Shown: one piece after another, positions 1-9,583 of the stretch
Numbering within the stretch: the stretch's first letter is position 1
How the letters are laid out: every line of letters starts with the position of its first letter
Assembly (NCBI GenBank): GCA_022822625.1
Contig: JAJEAV010000005.1
Location: 9,965 to 73,964 of the forward strand
Reading direction: 5' to 3'
Source of the DNA: Gammaproteobacteria bacterium
Lineage (GTDB): Bacteria; Pseudomonadota; Gammaproteobacteria; Arenicellales; Poriferihabitantaceae
Length of the DNA stretch: 64,000 bases
Position numbers and translations under genes: made by a program
The notes under the pieces: generated by a model
What the model saw: only the letters and a program-made list of their open reading frames with translations
Databases searched by the model: none
What the model was told of the DNA's origin: nothing

Positions 1-42
1 GCTGTAGGGAAACCAAAAGCCAATTTTCCCTGATTGACAATC

Positions 43-920
43 ATGTTTGCGCGAGTCGGTTATTTTCTGGCAACAAATCTGGCAATTCTTGTCGTGCTGA
101 ATGTCACGGCAAGATTGTTCGGGTTTGATCAATACCTATATAGTGCTGGCCAGAACATGGGTTCGCTATTGATCTTTGCAGCCGCGTTTGGAATGCTGGG
201 GTCATTCATATCCCTGGGATGTCGAAGCGCATGGCTAAAAAGTTCTCTGGTGCAAGTGTCATTGAGGCACCTCGCAATTCTCAGGAACGGTGGTTGCTTG
301 AAACGGTCGAAAGACAGGCGCAGAAAGCCGGAATCGGAATGCCGGAAGTAGCCATCTTCAACAGTCCACAACCCAATGCTTTTGCAACCGGCATGAGTAG
401 AAACAATGCTCTGGTTGCGGTCAGTCAAGGATTGCTTGAGCGTATGTCGAAAACTGAAGTCGAAGCCGTTTTGGGGCATGAGGTCAGCCATGTGGCAAAC
501 GGAGACATGATCACGTTGGCATTGATTCAGGGTGTAGTGAATACCTTTGTGATTTTTCTGTCTCGAGTCATCGGGCAGATGGTCGATCGGGCAGTATTCA
601 AAAGTCGTTCCGGTATGGGTCCTGGGTATTGGATCACGGTGATCATTGCCGAACTTATACTTGGCGTACTGGCAAGCATTGTTGTCATGTATTTCAGTCG
701 TCGCCGGGAATTCCGGGCCGATCTGGGTGGAGCAGATCTTGCAGGCCGTGACAATATGGTTTCTGCATTAAAGAGACTTCGTGACCTCTATGAGCCGCCA
801 GTACTCCCGGAACAGTTGTCCGCATTTGGTGTTTCGGGCAAACAGGCCACGGGCCTGAAACACCTGTTTAGTTCCCATCCACCCCTTGATCAGAGAATCG
901 AGGCTTTGCAGAAGCTCTGA
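43..920 (+). pseudogene. htpX: HtpX-family M48 zinc metalloprotease, reading frame broken once near nt 217
   Basis: The N-terminal TM part (MFARVGYFLATNLAILVVL...[10 protein letters not shown]) is in frame 1 from ATG 43. The remainder (MSKRMAKK...[10 protein letters not shown]...[11 protein letters not shown]) is in frame 3 from 219. The junction ctg-gg-atg is one base short of the E. coli-type GSFxSLxMSK join. Confidence 0.75.
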
Positions 921-1061
921 TTCTTCGACATGTCCACAAAACAGGGGTTGAGGAATGAATCAGAAGCTGATTCTATAAGTCCATGAGTCGTATGGAAAGA
1001 ATTGCCCGCCCTAAACTGGCTGGGTTAGTCAGGAAATCAGGGGAATCTACGCAGACAGGTT

Positions 1062-2012
1062 ATGCCAGATAAAATCAAGGTTGCGGTTGTTGGCGTAGGC
1101 CATCTTGGAAAGTACCATGCTCGCATTTATTCAGGAATGCCAGATGTCGAGTTGGTGGCAGTTATGGATATTGATCCGGTTCGCTCAAAGGAGGTGGCTG
1201 GGGAATGTGGCACCCAGTCTCTGAGTGTGATTGCAAATCTCCCTGATAGGGTAGATGCTGTCAGTGTTGTGGTGCCCACTCGAGATCACTTGTCTGTTGC
1301 GCGGACATTTCTATCCCGGGGGGTGCACACCCTGATCGAGAAGCCGCTGGCTCCAAATGTAGAGGAAGCGCAAGAAATCATTGATATTGCCTATAGCAAT
1401 GGTGCAATCCTTCAGGTCGGGCACCTCGAGCAGTTCAATCCTGGTGTTGTCAAGCTCAAGGAGTTAGCCAAGGCCCCCAGGTTTATTGAAGCCCATCGGC
1501 TTGGGCAGTTCAGCAAGCGCAGCATCGATGTTGATGTGGTTTCTGATCTGATGATTCATGATATTGACATTATCCTGTCGATGATCAAGTCGGAGATAGA
1601 ATCGATCTATGCAAGTGGTTGCCAGGTGTTGACCGATCGGGTTGATATTGCCAATGCACGCATTGAGTTTGCCAATAAGGCGGTGGCCAATGTTACGGCC
1701 AGCCGGGTTTCAAAAAATGCGGTTCGGCGTATTCGAGTGTTTGCTGAAGACCACTATTTTGGTTTAGACTTCCAGTCCCAGCAGATCGAGGAGGTTTGCC
1801 TGGATGATTCCGGGGTCGATACGGAATTTCCGGGTCTGGTACAGAACACGGTCGAGGTTGTTCCGGCATTGCCATTGAATGCAGAACTCCAGGATTTCAT
1901 TGACTGTGTGAAAACCGGCAGGGAACCACTGGTCTCAGGTCAGGATGGGTTGATGGCAGTCAGGGTAGCTGCACAAATTCAACAGCGGATATCCGATTCG
2001 ATGATAGATTGA
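1062..2012 (+). CDS. Gfo/Idh/MocA-family NAD(P)-dependent oxidoreductase
   Basis: N-terminal Rossmann motif KVAVVGVGHLGKYH, an EKPL motif, and 316 aa, which is typical of the family. Confidence 0.75.
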   Translation: MPDKIKVAVVGVGHLGKYHARIYSGMPDVELVAVMDIDPVRSKEVAGECGTQSLSVIANLPDRVDAVSVVVPTRDHLSVARTFLSRGVHTLIEKPLAPNVEEAQEIIDIAYSNGAILQVGHLEQFNPGVVKLKELAKAPRFIEAHRLGQFSKRSIDVDVVSDLMIHDIDIILSMIKSEIESIYASGCQVLTDRVDIANARIEFANKAVANVTASRVSKNAVRRIRVFAEDHYFGLDFQSQQIEEVCLDDSGVDTEFPGLVQNTVEVVPALPLNAELQDFIDCVKTGREPLVSGQDGLMAVRVAAQIQQRISDSMID

Positions 2013-2013
2013 C

Positions 2014-2718
2014 ATGACAGAAGAACTGTTTCGTAAAGACGGCTATTTGAGGCAATGCGAGGCGACCGTTACCGATCTTGCTGGCAATGCCTTTGTGGTT
2101 GATCAAACCGTGTTCTATCCGATGGGCGGTGGGCAACCCGGTGATTCAGGTCATGTGGTGTGCGCGAATGGTCGACAGATGCGCATTCGCGACACTCGAA
2201 ACGATCGCGAGCATGGCCGCATTTTGCATGTTGCAGAAGAGGGTGAAGAATTACCGGTCCTGGGCGAGAGAATATCCCTGCACATTGACTGGGAGCGTCG
2301 ATACCGGCTGATGCGCATGCACAGCTGCATGCACATGCTGTGTGCAGTCGTTCCTGCACCCGTGACCGGTGGTTCGATACGCGATGGAAGTGGAAGACTG
2401 GATTTTGACTTGCCGAACCCCCCGTCTCGAGAAGACCTCGAAGAGAAACTGAATCGAGTCATCGCGGAAAACCATCCAATGTCGTATACCTGGATTACTG
2501 ATCAGGAAATGCGGGACCGGCCGGAACTCATAAAGACCATGTCAGTTCGCCCACCGTCTGGGGCCGGTACGGTGCGTCTGGTGCAATTCGGCGAGGCCGA
2601 TTTGCAGGCATGTGGTGGAACCCATGTTGCCAACAGTGGTGAAATTGGCAAAGTCAGGGTAGAGAGCATCAAGAACAAAGGCAGGCAAAATCGCAGAATC
2701 ACGATTGAGTTTGCTTAA
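2014..2718 (+). CDS. AlaX-type alanyl-tRNA editing domain protein
   Basis: Zinc/editing motifs HSCMHMLC and CGGTHV (Thr/Ala-tRNA synthetase second additional domain). The start overlaps the upstream stop (TGACATG). Confidence 0.75.
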   Translation: MTEELFRKDGYLRQCEATVTDLAGNAFVVDQTVFYPMGGGQPGDSGHVVCANGRQMRIRDTRNDREHGRILHVAEEGEELPVLGERISLHIDWERRYRLMRMHSCMHMLCAVVPAPVTGGSIRDGSGRLDFDLPNPPSREDLEEKLNRVIAENHPMSYTWITDQEMRDRPELIKTMSVRPPSGAGTVRLVQFGEADLQACGGTHVANSGEIGKVRVESIKNKGRQNRRITIEFA

Positions 2719-2726
2719 GGGCTGTT

Positions 2727-3335
2727 TCAATATCTGGATTGCCCGCTGGCCAGTTTTTTTCGACAGGCCTCCAGTTGCTCAGGAGTGTTGATATTCTCGA
2801 ACATGTCATCACAGTCGGTGATGATGGCTTCTGCGAAATTGGACTCGGAGAACCATCTGTCGATTTTGCGTTCGCCCGAATTTAAAAATGCTTCAAGTGA
2901 TTCATGGGTTGATATGTGGAGCAGGATATAGACGGGTTGCAACCGCTCCTGATCTCTTGCTACTGCAATCGGGGCACCAATGGACTGGGCTGCCTGAAAC
3001 ATGGATTCTGCATAGGTACTGCTCAAGAATGGTCCATCGCAAGGTGCCGTGATTAGCCATTCTGTCTGGATTGATTTCAGACCACTCAACATGCCTGCAA
3101 GCGGGCCCTGAAAACCGCCAATCCGGTCTTCGATGACTGTATAGCCAAATTGCCGGTATTGTTCCAGATTGCGATTTGCATTGATCATCACGTCCGCACA
3201 TTGATCCTTGAGTTTGTCCGTGATTCTCTCAACGATAGTCTGTCCATGAATATCGATCAGGCCCTTGTCCACGCCGCCCATGCGGCGAGCCTGTCCACCC
3301 GCGAGTACCAATCCCGTGATGCTTGATTCGACCAT
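2727..3335 (-). CDS. mobA: Molybdenum cofactor guanylyltransferase MobA
   Basis: ITGLVLAGGQARRMGGVDKGL motif. The ORF track extends to 3368; I prefer the internal Met (MVESSITG...) because it avoids overlap with the upstream ABC gene. Confidence 0.8.
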   Translation of the reverse strand: MVESSITGLVLAGGQARRMGGVDKGLIDIHGQTIVERITDKLKDQCADVMINANRNLEQYRQFGYTVIEDRIGGFQGPLAGMLSGLKSIQTEWLITAPCDGPFLSSTYAESMFQAAQSIGAPIAVARDQERLQPVYILLHISTHESLEAFLNSGERKIDRWFSESNFAEAIITDCDDMFENINTPEQLEACRKKLASGQSRY

Positions 3336-3339
3336 GGAA

Positions 3340-3996
3340 TTATTGTTCATGAATGATGTGATTCTCAATTACCAGAAAACGATCCAGCAGTCCCTCAAAA
3401 ATTTCTGGACTATGCGTGCAGACCAGTATCGATGTGCCCCTCTGCTTTAATTCTCGCATGAAGTCAAGAGCACGATTTACCGAGTCTGTATCCATGTTTG
3501 CAGTCGGCTCATCCAGAAATAGAAAGGGAGATTCGTTCAAGGATGCTCGTGCCAGAGCAACTCGTTGCTGCTGTCCGCCGGAGAGGGTTTTTGCCGATTC
3601 GTGTTTAAGATGATCAAGTTCTGCCATTTCAAGAACTTCTTCTATATGCTTTCCCTGTGTGGTCGATCTGCCGTTCTTGTTGATTGACAGCGTCAAGTTT
3701 CGATATACACTGCCGCTGAACATATACGGTGTTTGATGTAGATATAGGGTGTGTTGGATTAAATGAGTTCTGGCCCTTGTCCAGGAGAACTTTTTTTCGT
3801 AGAGGGTGATCTGACAGTGATCAGGGCGAACCAGTCCAGTCATGATCTTGAGTAGCGTGGTTTTCCCAGAACCGTTTTCGCCGCAAAGCACACTGAATTG
3901 TCCGCGAGTAGCCGTGATGTTCACGGATTCAATCAGTGGTTTCCTGTTCCATGACTTGGACAGCAAGGAGTAGGTGATCTTTTGTGGTTTGGTCAA
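3340..3996 (-). CDS. ABC transporter ATP-binding protein (TupC-like, no TOBE domain)
   Basis: Walker A GENGSGKTT, signature LSGGQQQR and Walker B LFLDEP in 218 aa. Overlaps the permease stop by 4 nt. Confidence 0.8.
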   Translation of the reverse strand: MTKPQKITYSLLSKSWNRKPLIESVNITATRGQFSVLCGENGSGKTTLLKIMTGLVRPDHCQITLYEKKFSWTRARTHLIQHTLYLHQTPYMFSGSVYRNLTLSINKNGRSTTQGKHIEEVLEMAELDHLKHESAKTLSGGQQQRVALARASLNESPFLFLDEPTANMDTDSVNRALDFMRELKQRGTSILVCTHSPEIFEGLLDRFLVIENHIIHEQ

Positions 3997-4694
3997 TGGT
4001 TAAGGCTCCCCTTACCCTGAAAGTACTGTAGCGTCGCATTCAGAAAGAAGGCGAGAAACAACAGAACCATGCCAAGTGCGATTCCCTGTGCGAAATTGCC
4101 TTTGCTGGTTTCAAGTGCAATTGCGGTCGGTATATTTCGCGTGTAATGCAGGATATTGCCACCGACCATCATGGAGGCGCCGACTTCGGCAATGATCCTT
4201 CCGAAGCCGGCGAATAGGGCTGCAAGCAGACCAAACTTTACCTCATTGACTACTACAAGAAAAGCAGCAATAGGTGATTTCCCAAGAGTTCTTGCTGTTT
4301 CCCAGACGCGTTGATCGGCCGCCTGAAAAGCGGAATGTCCCATGGAAACCAGAATCGGTACGCAAAGAATCGATTGAGCGATAACCATTGCGCTTTGCGT
4401 GAATAGAAGTTTCCAGTCTCCGAGAGGCCCTTGATTTGACAGCAAAAGGTATACCACTAGTCCGACTACCACGGCAGGAAAGGCAAGCAGTGTATTGAAC
4501 AGGGAAATCAGAACCCGCCTTAGTGGAAACTTGAAGTATGCAAGAAAGAATCCGGTCAGTAAAGCCAACGGTGCTGAAATGAGGATAGCCGTGCCGGAGA
4601 CCCTGAAGGAGATGCCTATGATCTCCCACAAGTCTGGGTCCCATGATAAAAGGAGATGGAATGCATCAAGGGTTGCATCGGTCAGGGATGACAC
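3993..4694 (-). CDS. ABC transporter permease (tungstate/molybdate TupB-like)
   Basis: Multi-TM 233-aa protein with an EAA-type loop (ETARTLGKSPIAAF) and a GASMMVGGNI segment that I associate with TupB. GTG start. Lies in an operon with mobA. Confidence 0.6.
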   Translation of the reverse strand: MSSLTDATLDAFHLLLSWDPDLWEIIGISFRVSGTAILISAPLALLTGFFLAYFKFPLRRVLISLFNTLLAFPAVVVGLVVYLLLSNQGPLGDWKLLFTQSAMVIAQSILCVPILVSMGHSAFQAADQRVWETARTLGKSPIAAFLVVVNEVKFGLLAALFAGFGRIIAEVGASMMVGGNILHYTRNIPTAIALETSKGNFAQGIALGMVLLFLAFFLNATLQYFQGKGSLNH

Positions 4695-5141
4695 GGTATC
4701 GGTACCTGGAACGAGCGATTTGCTCTAGGCTGGTATTGCAAGGGAGTTGACCGCTAGCAGAGCTGCATATGACATTTGATCAGCACGCATTCCTCAAGAA
4801 AATCTGGAACAAGCAAAATTCAATGTAACCAATGGAATTCGAGATTGACGATCGGGCTGATACGTGTTCGGGATTTTGCTTATTTTACCAAAAAGGCATA
4901 ATAGATGGGTTCAAACAGGAGATTTGCTGAGGGTGCTTCCTGGATAAGATCGTTTGCATGACAACGGAAGTCCCTGGTTTTTGGTTTTTACAGGGTAGGC
5001 CAAATTATTCCGAATCCCTGCGTAGACAGGAACCATGTGGTACGATCATAAAGTCGGTTTCCAAAACGACCTGATTATGATTTCTTTAATCTGTCAGTTA
5101 AAATTGTCTGCCAACCATAACCAATTCCCATCCACGAAATC

Positions 5142-7085
5142 ATGTCAATTGCAAGAAAATACCCAGTTAATCCTGACCTTGCCGCGTCGGCAAACATAGA
5201 TCTTCACGGTTATGAAGCCGATTATGCAGAATCCGTTCGCGACCCTGATGGATACTGGGCAAGACAGGCCGAGAAATACATGGACTGGTTCAGGCGGTGG
5301 GATACAGTACGCAATGTTGACTTTACAAAAGGTGATATTCGCTGGTTTGAGGGGGCCGAACTCAATGTCTGTGTCAATTGCGTGGACCGACACCTGGAGA
5401 CCCGAGGTGATCAAGTCGCAATCATCTGGGAATCAGATGATCCCAGTGTTGACAGAAAGATTACCTACAAGGATCTTCACGAAGAAGTCTGCAAGTTTGC
5501 CAATGTCTTGAAATCTCGCGGGGTAAAAAAAGGAGATCGCGTAAGTATCTATTTACCCATGATTCCCGAAGCAGCGGTTTCCATGCTGGCTTGTGCCCGT
5601 ATTGGGGCGATCCACTCCGTGGTATTTGGTGGGTTTTCGCCAGACGCATTGAAGGACCGGATTCTTGACTCGGACTGCCAGGTTGTCATTACCGCCGATG
5701 AAGGCCCAAGGGGTGGTAAAAATGTTCCTCTCAAGCAGAACGTTGAAAAAGCTCTGGAGAAGTGTCCCAATGTCCATACCACGATAGTCGTGAAACGAAC
5801 CGGCAACCCGGTTCCTGGAAATGCCGACCGTGATGTATGGTATGGGGAGGCTGTGGAGGTGGCTTCAGCAGATTGTCCCCCGGAACATATGGATGCAGAG
5901 GACCCGTTGTTTATTCTTTATACCTCTGGTTCAACGGGTAAGCCCAAAGGTGTTGTTCATACTTCTTTTGGCTATCAACTGTATGCGGCATTAACCCACA
6001 AGATGGTTTTTGACTATCATGACGGAGACATATACTGGTGTACTGCCGATGTAGGCTGGGTAACCGGCCACTCCTATATTGTTTATGGTCCACTGACCAA
6101 TGGTGCAACCACCCTGATGTTTGAGGGGGTGCCTACCTATCCGGATGCCAGTCGATTCTGGCAAGTGGTTGACAAGCACAGAGTGGAAATCTTTTATACG
6201 GCACCGACTGCAATTCGCGCACTGATGGGGCAGGGTGAAGAATTGGTCAAAAAAACGGACCGGAGTTCCCTGCGAATTCTGGGTACTGTGGGGGAGCCGA
6301 TCAATCCGGAAGCATGGGAATGGTATTACCATGTTGTTGGCAATGGGCGCTGCCCAATAGTCGATACATGGTGGCAAACCGAAACCGGAGGTATCATGAT
6401 TACACCATTGCCCGGAGCAATAGATCTGAAACCCGGGTCTGCAACTCGTCCGTTCTTTGGCATTCAGCCAGCCTTGATGGATGCAGAAGGTAATGAAATC
6501 AGTCTTGAAGGAGGTGCCGAAGGCAACCTTGTGATCAAGCAATCATGGCCGGGACAAATGCGCACTGTGTATGGTGATCATCAACGATTCATCGACACTT
6601 ATTTCAGTGCCTATCCAAACATGTACTTCACCGGTGATGGTGCGCGTTGCGATGAGGATGGATATTGGTGGATTACCGGACGGGTCGATGATGTTATCAA
6701 TGTTTCCGGTCACCGTATGGGTACTGCGGAAGTCGAGAGTGCGCTAGTGCTTCATGAAACCGTTGCCGAAGCAGCTGTGGTTGGATTTCCCCATGAGATC
6801 AAGGGGCAGGGGATTTACGCGTACGTTACCCTGATGCAAGGAGTTGAGGCGACTGACGATCTGAAAAAGGATCTGAGTGACCTCGTCAGAACGGAGATTG
6901 GTCCAATTGCCAAGCCAGACGTAATCCAGTGGGCACCGGGTTTGCCGAAAACCCGTTCAGGCAAGATCATGAGGCGAATATTGCGCAAGGTCGCCGCCAA
7001 TGAACTGGACAGTCTTGGAGACACAAGCACGCTGGCTGAACCTGCTGTGGTGGATGAGCTGATTGAAAACCGGGCAAATAAATGA
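5142..7085 (+). CDS. acs: Acetyl-CoA synthetase
   Basis: 647 aa. AMP-binding motif [11 protein letters not shown], a C-terminal [11 protein letters not shown] motif, and full-length similarity to Acs. Confidence 0.95.
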   Translation: MSIARKYPVNPDLAASANIDLHGYEADYAESVRDPDGYWARQAEKYMDWFRRWDTVRNVDFTKGDIRWFEGAELNVCVNCVDRHLETRGDQVAIIWESDDPSVDRKITYKDLHEEVCKFANVLKSRGVKKGDRVSIYLPMIPEAAVSMLACARIGAIHSVVFGGFSPDALKDRILDSDCQVVITADEGPRGGKNVPLKQNVEKALEKCPNVHTTIVVKRTGNPVPGNADRDVWYGEAVEVASADCPPEHMDAEDPLFILYTSGSTGKPKGVVHTSFGYQLYAALTHKMVFDYHDGDIYWCTADVGWVTGHSYIVYGPLTNGATTLMFEGVPTYPDASRFWQVVDKHRVEIFYTAPTAIRALMGQGEELVKKTDRSSLRILGTVGEPINPEAWEWYYHVVGNGRCPIVDTWWQTETGGIMITPLPGAIDLKPGSATRPFFGIQPALMDAEGNEISLEGGAEGNLVIKQSWPGQMRTVYGDHQRFIDTYFSAYPNMYFTGDGARCDEDGYWWITGRVDDVINVSGHRMGTAEVESALVLHETVAEAAVVGFPHEIKGQGIYAYVTLMQGVEATDDLKKDLSDLVRTEIGPIAKPDVIQWAPGLPKTRSGKIMRRILRKVAANELDSLGDTSTLAEPAVVDELIENRANK

Positions 7086-7089
7086 ATGC

Positions 7090-7574
7090 ATTTGCGGGTT
7101 TCGCGTCAGTAACCTGCAATATGCTGGACTGGAAGAGGTCTGGTCGGTCCGAACCCTCTGAACCAGCGTTGCACAACTCGTTACGAAAGAAAGCCTCTCT
7201 AATATGAATTGACTGGGAGCATTGACACCGTAGAGAAGTATGAAGCATGGAGGATTGACATGGCCAGGGCGGTATGGGCAAAGCTGAGAGCCAGCGATAG
7301 CCGGAAATATCGTAACTGTCATGCGTTTGAGTGCATGGATTTTACCATTCAGGAACCCCGGGCCAGATCAGACCACCAAACAGGGATAGACGAAGGACTA
7401 ATCTGCATCGACTGTCATCAGGGAGTTGCACACAAGCTGTCGTCGAACTGGCTTGAGGAATACGAGAAGTTGAAGAGCCCGGTATCGGCTTCAATATCTG
7501 GAAGGCTGTGGGTGGATGCACTGGCAAATACCGGCACCTATCAAGGTAACAATACGAGCTTACTGGCGAAATGA
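7090..7574 (+). pseudogene. Decayed NapC/NirT/TorC-family tetrahaem cytochrome c gene (C-terminal part only)
   Basis: IDTVEKYEAWRIDMARAVWAKLRASDSRKYRNCHAFECMDF...LICIDCHQGVAHKL matches the last two haem-binding regions of NapC. Upstream, another stretch reads ASVTCNMLDW...LRKKAS where NapC has ATCPDCH...IRKLKAS. There is an in-frame TAA at 7200-7202 and no N-terminal half. Confidence 0.6.
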
Positions 7575-7589
7575 ACCAGAAATTGGATT

Positions 7590-7849
7590 ATGCTTGAAAT
7601 TCTGGGGGGATCTTGGCAGGCAATGTCCTGAGTTTGCCGGGAATGTTCGGTCTGGGTATTGGCATGATGATTCGTTAACCGCATCTGGCTGGAAGTCTGG
7701 GCGGCTTTGTTGGCACATTGGTAGCCATGATATTTTCCGGATTCTCGCTTGCCCAGATCGATGTTCTTGAATTGACATTCCCGGTATGGGTTGGAATTGC
7801 TGCTGGTACGATCGGATGCATGATTCGCCATAGGGGTGCGACGGTATAG
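7590..7849 (+). pseudogene. Small glycine-rich membrane protein gene (GlsB/YeaQ/YmgE-like), disrupted
   Basis: ATG 7590 MLEILGG switches frame at a G6 run (7604-7609) to ILAGNVLSLPGMFGLGIGMMIR. An in-frame TAA follows at 7676-7678, then LAGSLGGFVGTLVAMIFSGFSL...GIAAGTIGCMI to TAG 7847-7849. Confidence 0.3.
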
Positions 7850-7917
7850 ACACCTTTTTTGGTCAGGAGTCGGGTTGGCTTCTTCCCTTGAAAGGTGACT
7901 GCGACAAAAGCGGTAGG

Positions 7918-8835
7918 TCAGAACTGTTGGTTATCGCCTTGATCGTATCCGGGGGCGATAACGAGATTTTCAACTCCATAGAGTGCTGGCCTGTTTTTTA
8001 GCCAGAGGTGGTATTCCGGTCCTTTCAGGATATGGTCTTGGGTGCAGTCCACATTCCATCTCCGAAGTGCATAGCCTGCAACCGCAGCCCTTACCTTGAC
8101 ATTCAACACGCCGTTTTTCATCGCATAGTCGGCTTCAATTGTTTCTGGATGCTTGAGATTTGGGTGCGGTACAAGTTCCAGTTCCAGAATTCTATTCCAC
8201 TGAATATCCGATTCACGAGTTTCATGTTCACCAATCGGACTGTCGATAATCATGGGGTTGGAAATGCGGGTGACAACGAAATCGGAAAATCTCGATTGTT
8301 TTCGATCATAGCTCCGGATGTGCCAGCGTAGTCCGTTATCGACCAGTACAAACGGAACAATTTCGCGGGTAGTCTTGCCGCTGCTAAGAGAGTGATAATC
8401 AATCCTTATCACTTTGTCCTGGTGTATGGCGCGGGTCAAAACCGACAGGGTTGAGAGTGATGGCCTGTTCATCTGCATGGGCGTCTCGCACGAAATTAAC
8501 GCCCGGTTTGCACCAGCAAAGTCGCTTCCAAAGCCATGTGTAAGTGCTGACAAAACCTGGTTAGACGAAGCATCGTATAGAGGCGAGAAAAGGTCTGAAC
8601 GTTCATAAGTCTTGGCCTTGGTATCGTACCTTAGATTGGTTGGGGCCAGTTCCCTGTACAAGGTTATATCCCTGGTTGCCGCTGCTCCCTTGATGCCAAA
8701 TCGGGTCACAAGGTCGTTGCGACTGATGGTTCCCAGAAAACCGATTCTGAAATCGATGTAGGCGAGACGTTCTTTCTGCGCCTTTGCAATGACTTTAGCT
8801 GGGGTAGGAGGAAGTTGATATCCGATTTCCATCAT
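7918..8835 (-). CDS. wHTH-WYL transcriptional regulator (BrxR/CapW-like)
   Basis: N-terminal ERLAYIDFRIGFLGTISRNDLVTRFGIKGAAATRDITLYRELAPTNLRYD (wHTH pattern of BrxR/CapW) and a WYL core VIRIDYHSLSSGKTTREIVPFVLVDNGLRWHIRSYDRKQSRFSDFVVTRI. 305 aa. Confidence 0.75.
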   Translation of the reverse strand: MMEIGYQLPPTPAKVIAKAQKERLAYIDFRIGFLGTISRNDLVTRFGIKGAAATRDITLYRELAPTNLRYDTKAKTYERSDLFSPLYDASSNQVLSALTHGFGSDFAGANRALISCETPMQMNRPSLSTLSVLTRAIHQDKVIRIDYHSLSSGKTTREIVPFVLVDNGLRWHIRSYDRKQSRFSDFVVTRISNPMIIDSPIGEHETRESDIQWNRILELELVPHPNLKHPETIEADYAMKNGVLNVKVRAAVAGYALRRWNVDCTQDHILKGPEYHLWLKNRPALYGVENLVIAPGYDQGDNQQF

Positions 8836-8850
8836 GTTTTCTTGATCATG

Positions 8851-8866
8851 ATATATTATAATATAT
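8851..8866. promoter_or_regulatory. Perfect 16-bp palindrome atatattataatatat in the divergent control region (candidate operator)
   Basis: Self-complementary when checked base by base. Lies 16 nt upstream of the WYL gene's ATG. The 11-mer tataatatata recurs at 8857-8867 and 8877-8887. Confidence 0.4.
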
Positions 8867-8896
8867 ACTATTACTATATAATATATAAATAATTAG

Positions 8897-8926
8897 TTGA
8901 CATACTCATATTGATTATAATATTAT
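8897..8926 (+). promoter_or_regulatory. Possible sigma70 promoter for the plus-strand cluster
   Basis: TTGACA at 8897-8902, an 18-nt spacer, then TATTAT at 8921-8926. Many alternative TATAAT-like hexamers occur nearby, so the assignment is tentative. Confidence 0.25.
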
Positions 8927-9090
8927 TGAATAACATCTTGCGGCAGTTACCGGATAAAAAGGATTTCGCGCAAGACAAGAGTCACGAAAAGGTTTTTCAT
9001 TTTTACGCACAGAATTATACATAACAAAGGCTTCGCCCTCTTGTCCAATGGAGTGTTAACTGGTGATTGCCTTCGCTGAAAGAGACAACG

Positions 9091-9549
9091 ATGGATAACA
9101 ATCAATTACGTTTCGTCCCCTGCGATGCAGGGTGTGGGATGTCCATTTGGACCAGGACTCCCAATGGAAAAGATTGCAGGATTGACCTTGGACGATCTGC
9201 CACATTCTCGCCAGTCAAGTACTTTCCAAAACACAACCTGAATCATTCGGTCGATTTCCTGACTCACCGCCATACGCCACCTGGGAGTGGTGTATATGCA
9301 AAATACCTGTCAGGACATGGGCGTCAATACAAAAACCTGACTGGAAAATTCTTGTCGTCATGCTTCATTGAAGAGGTGGCGTGCACCTGTTCCAGAATGG
9401 AGGAATGGTGTAGGGATAATATGAAAACAGCATCGGGAGGTATTGCAGCAAGGGCCTCGGGCCTTGCTTTTCGCATTAACGAACTGAAATCAGTCTTCGC
9501 CAGATTTCCTCTTAACGGAGGCCCTGCCTTGTCTGCTCTTGTACTGTAA
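9091..9549 (+). CDS. Hypothetical protein; half-length paralogue of the downstream MBL-fold-like protein
   Basis: LRFVPCDAGCGMSIWTRTPNGKDCRIDLGRSATFSPVKY parallels LHFTLWDVRRGISIWIRTPNGQDHWIDLGRIPEFSPSKY of the next ORF. It carries LTHRH and ends where the C-terminal half of the paralogue would begin. Confidence 0.5.
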   Translation: MDNNQLRFVPCDAGCGMSIWTRTPNGKDCRIDLGRSATFSPVKYFPKHNLNHSVDFLTHRHTPPGSGVYAKYLSGHGRQYKNLTGKFLSSCFIEEVACTCSRMEEWCRDNMKTASGGIAARASGLAFRINELKSVFARFPLNGGPALSALVL

Positions 9550-9583
9550 GGCCAAACCCAACCTTTATACAAGGAAAACAACC

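Noticed and set aside
4695-4900. Moco (molybdenum cofactor) riboswitch in the leader of the tupBC-mobA operon
   Set aside because: I read the minus-strand leader and could not find the conserved Moco-motif elements; there was only a chance GGUCAAC similarity. It needs an Infernal scan to be excluded formally.
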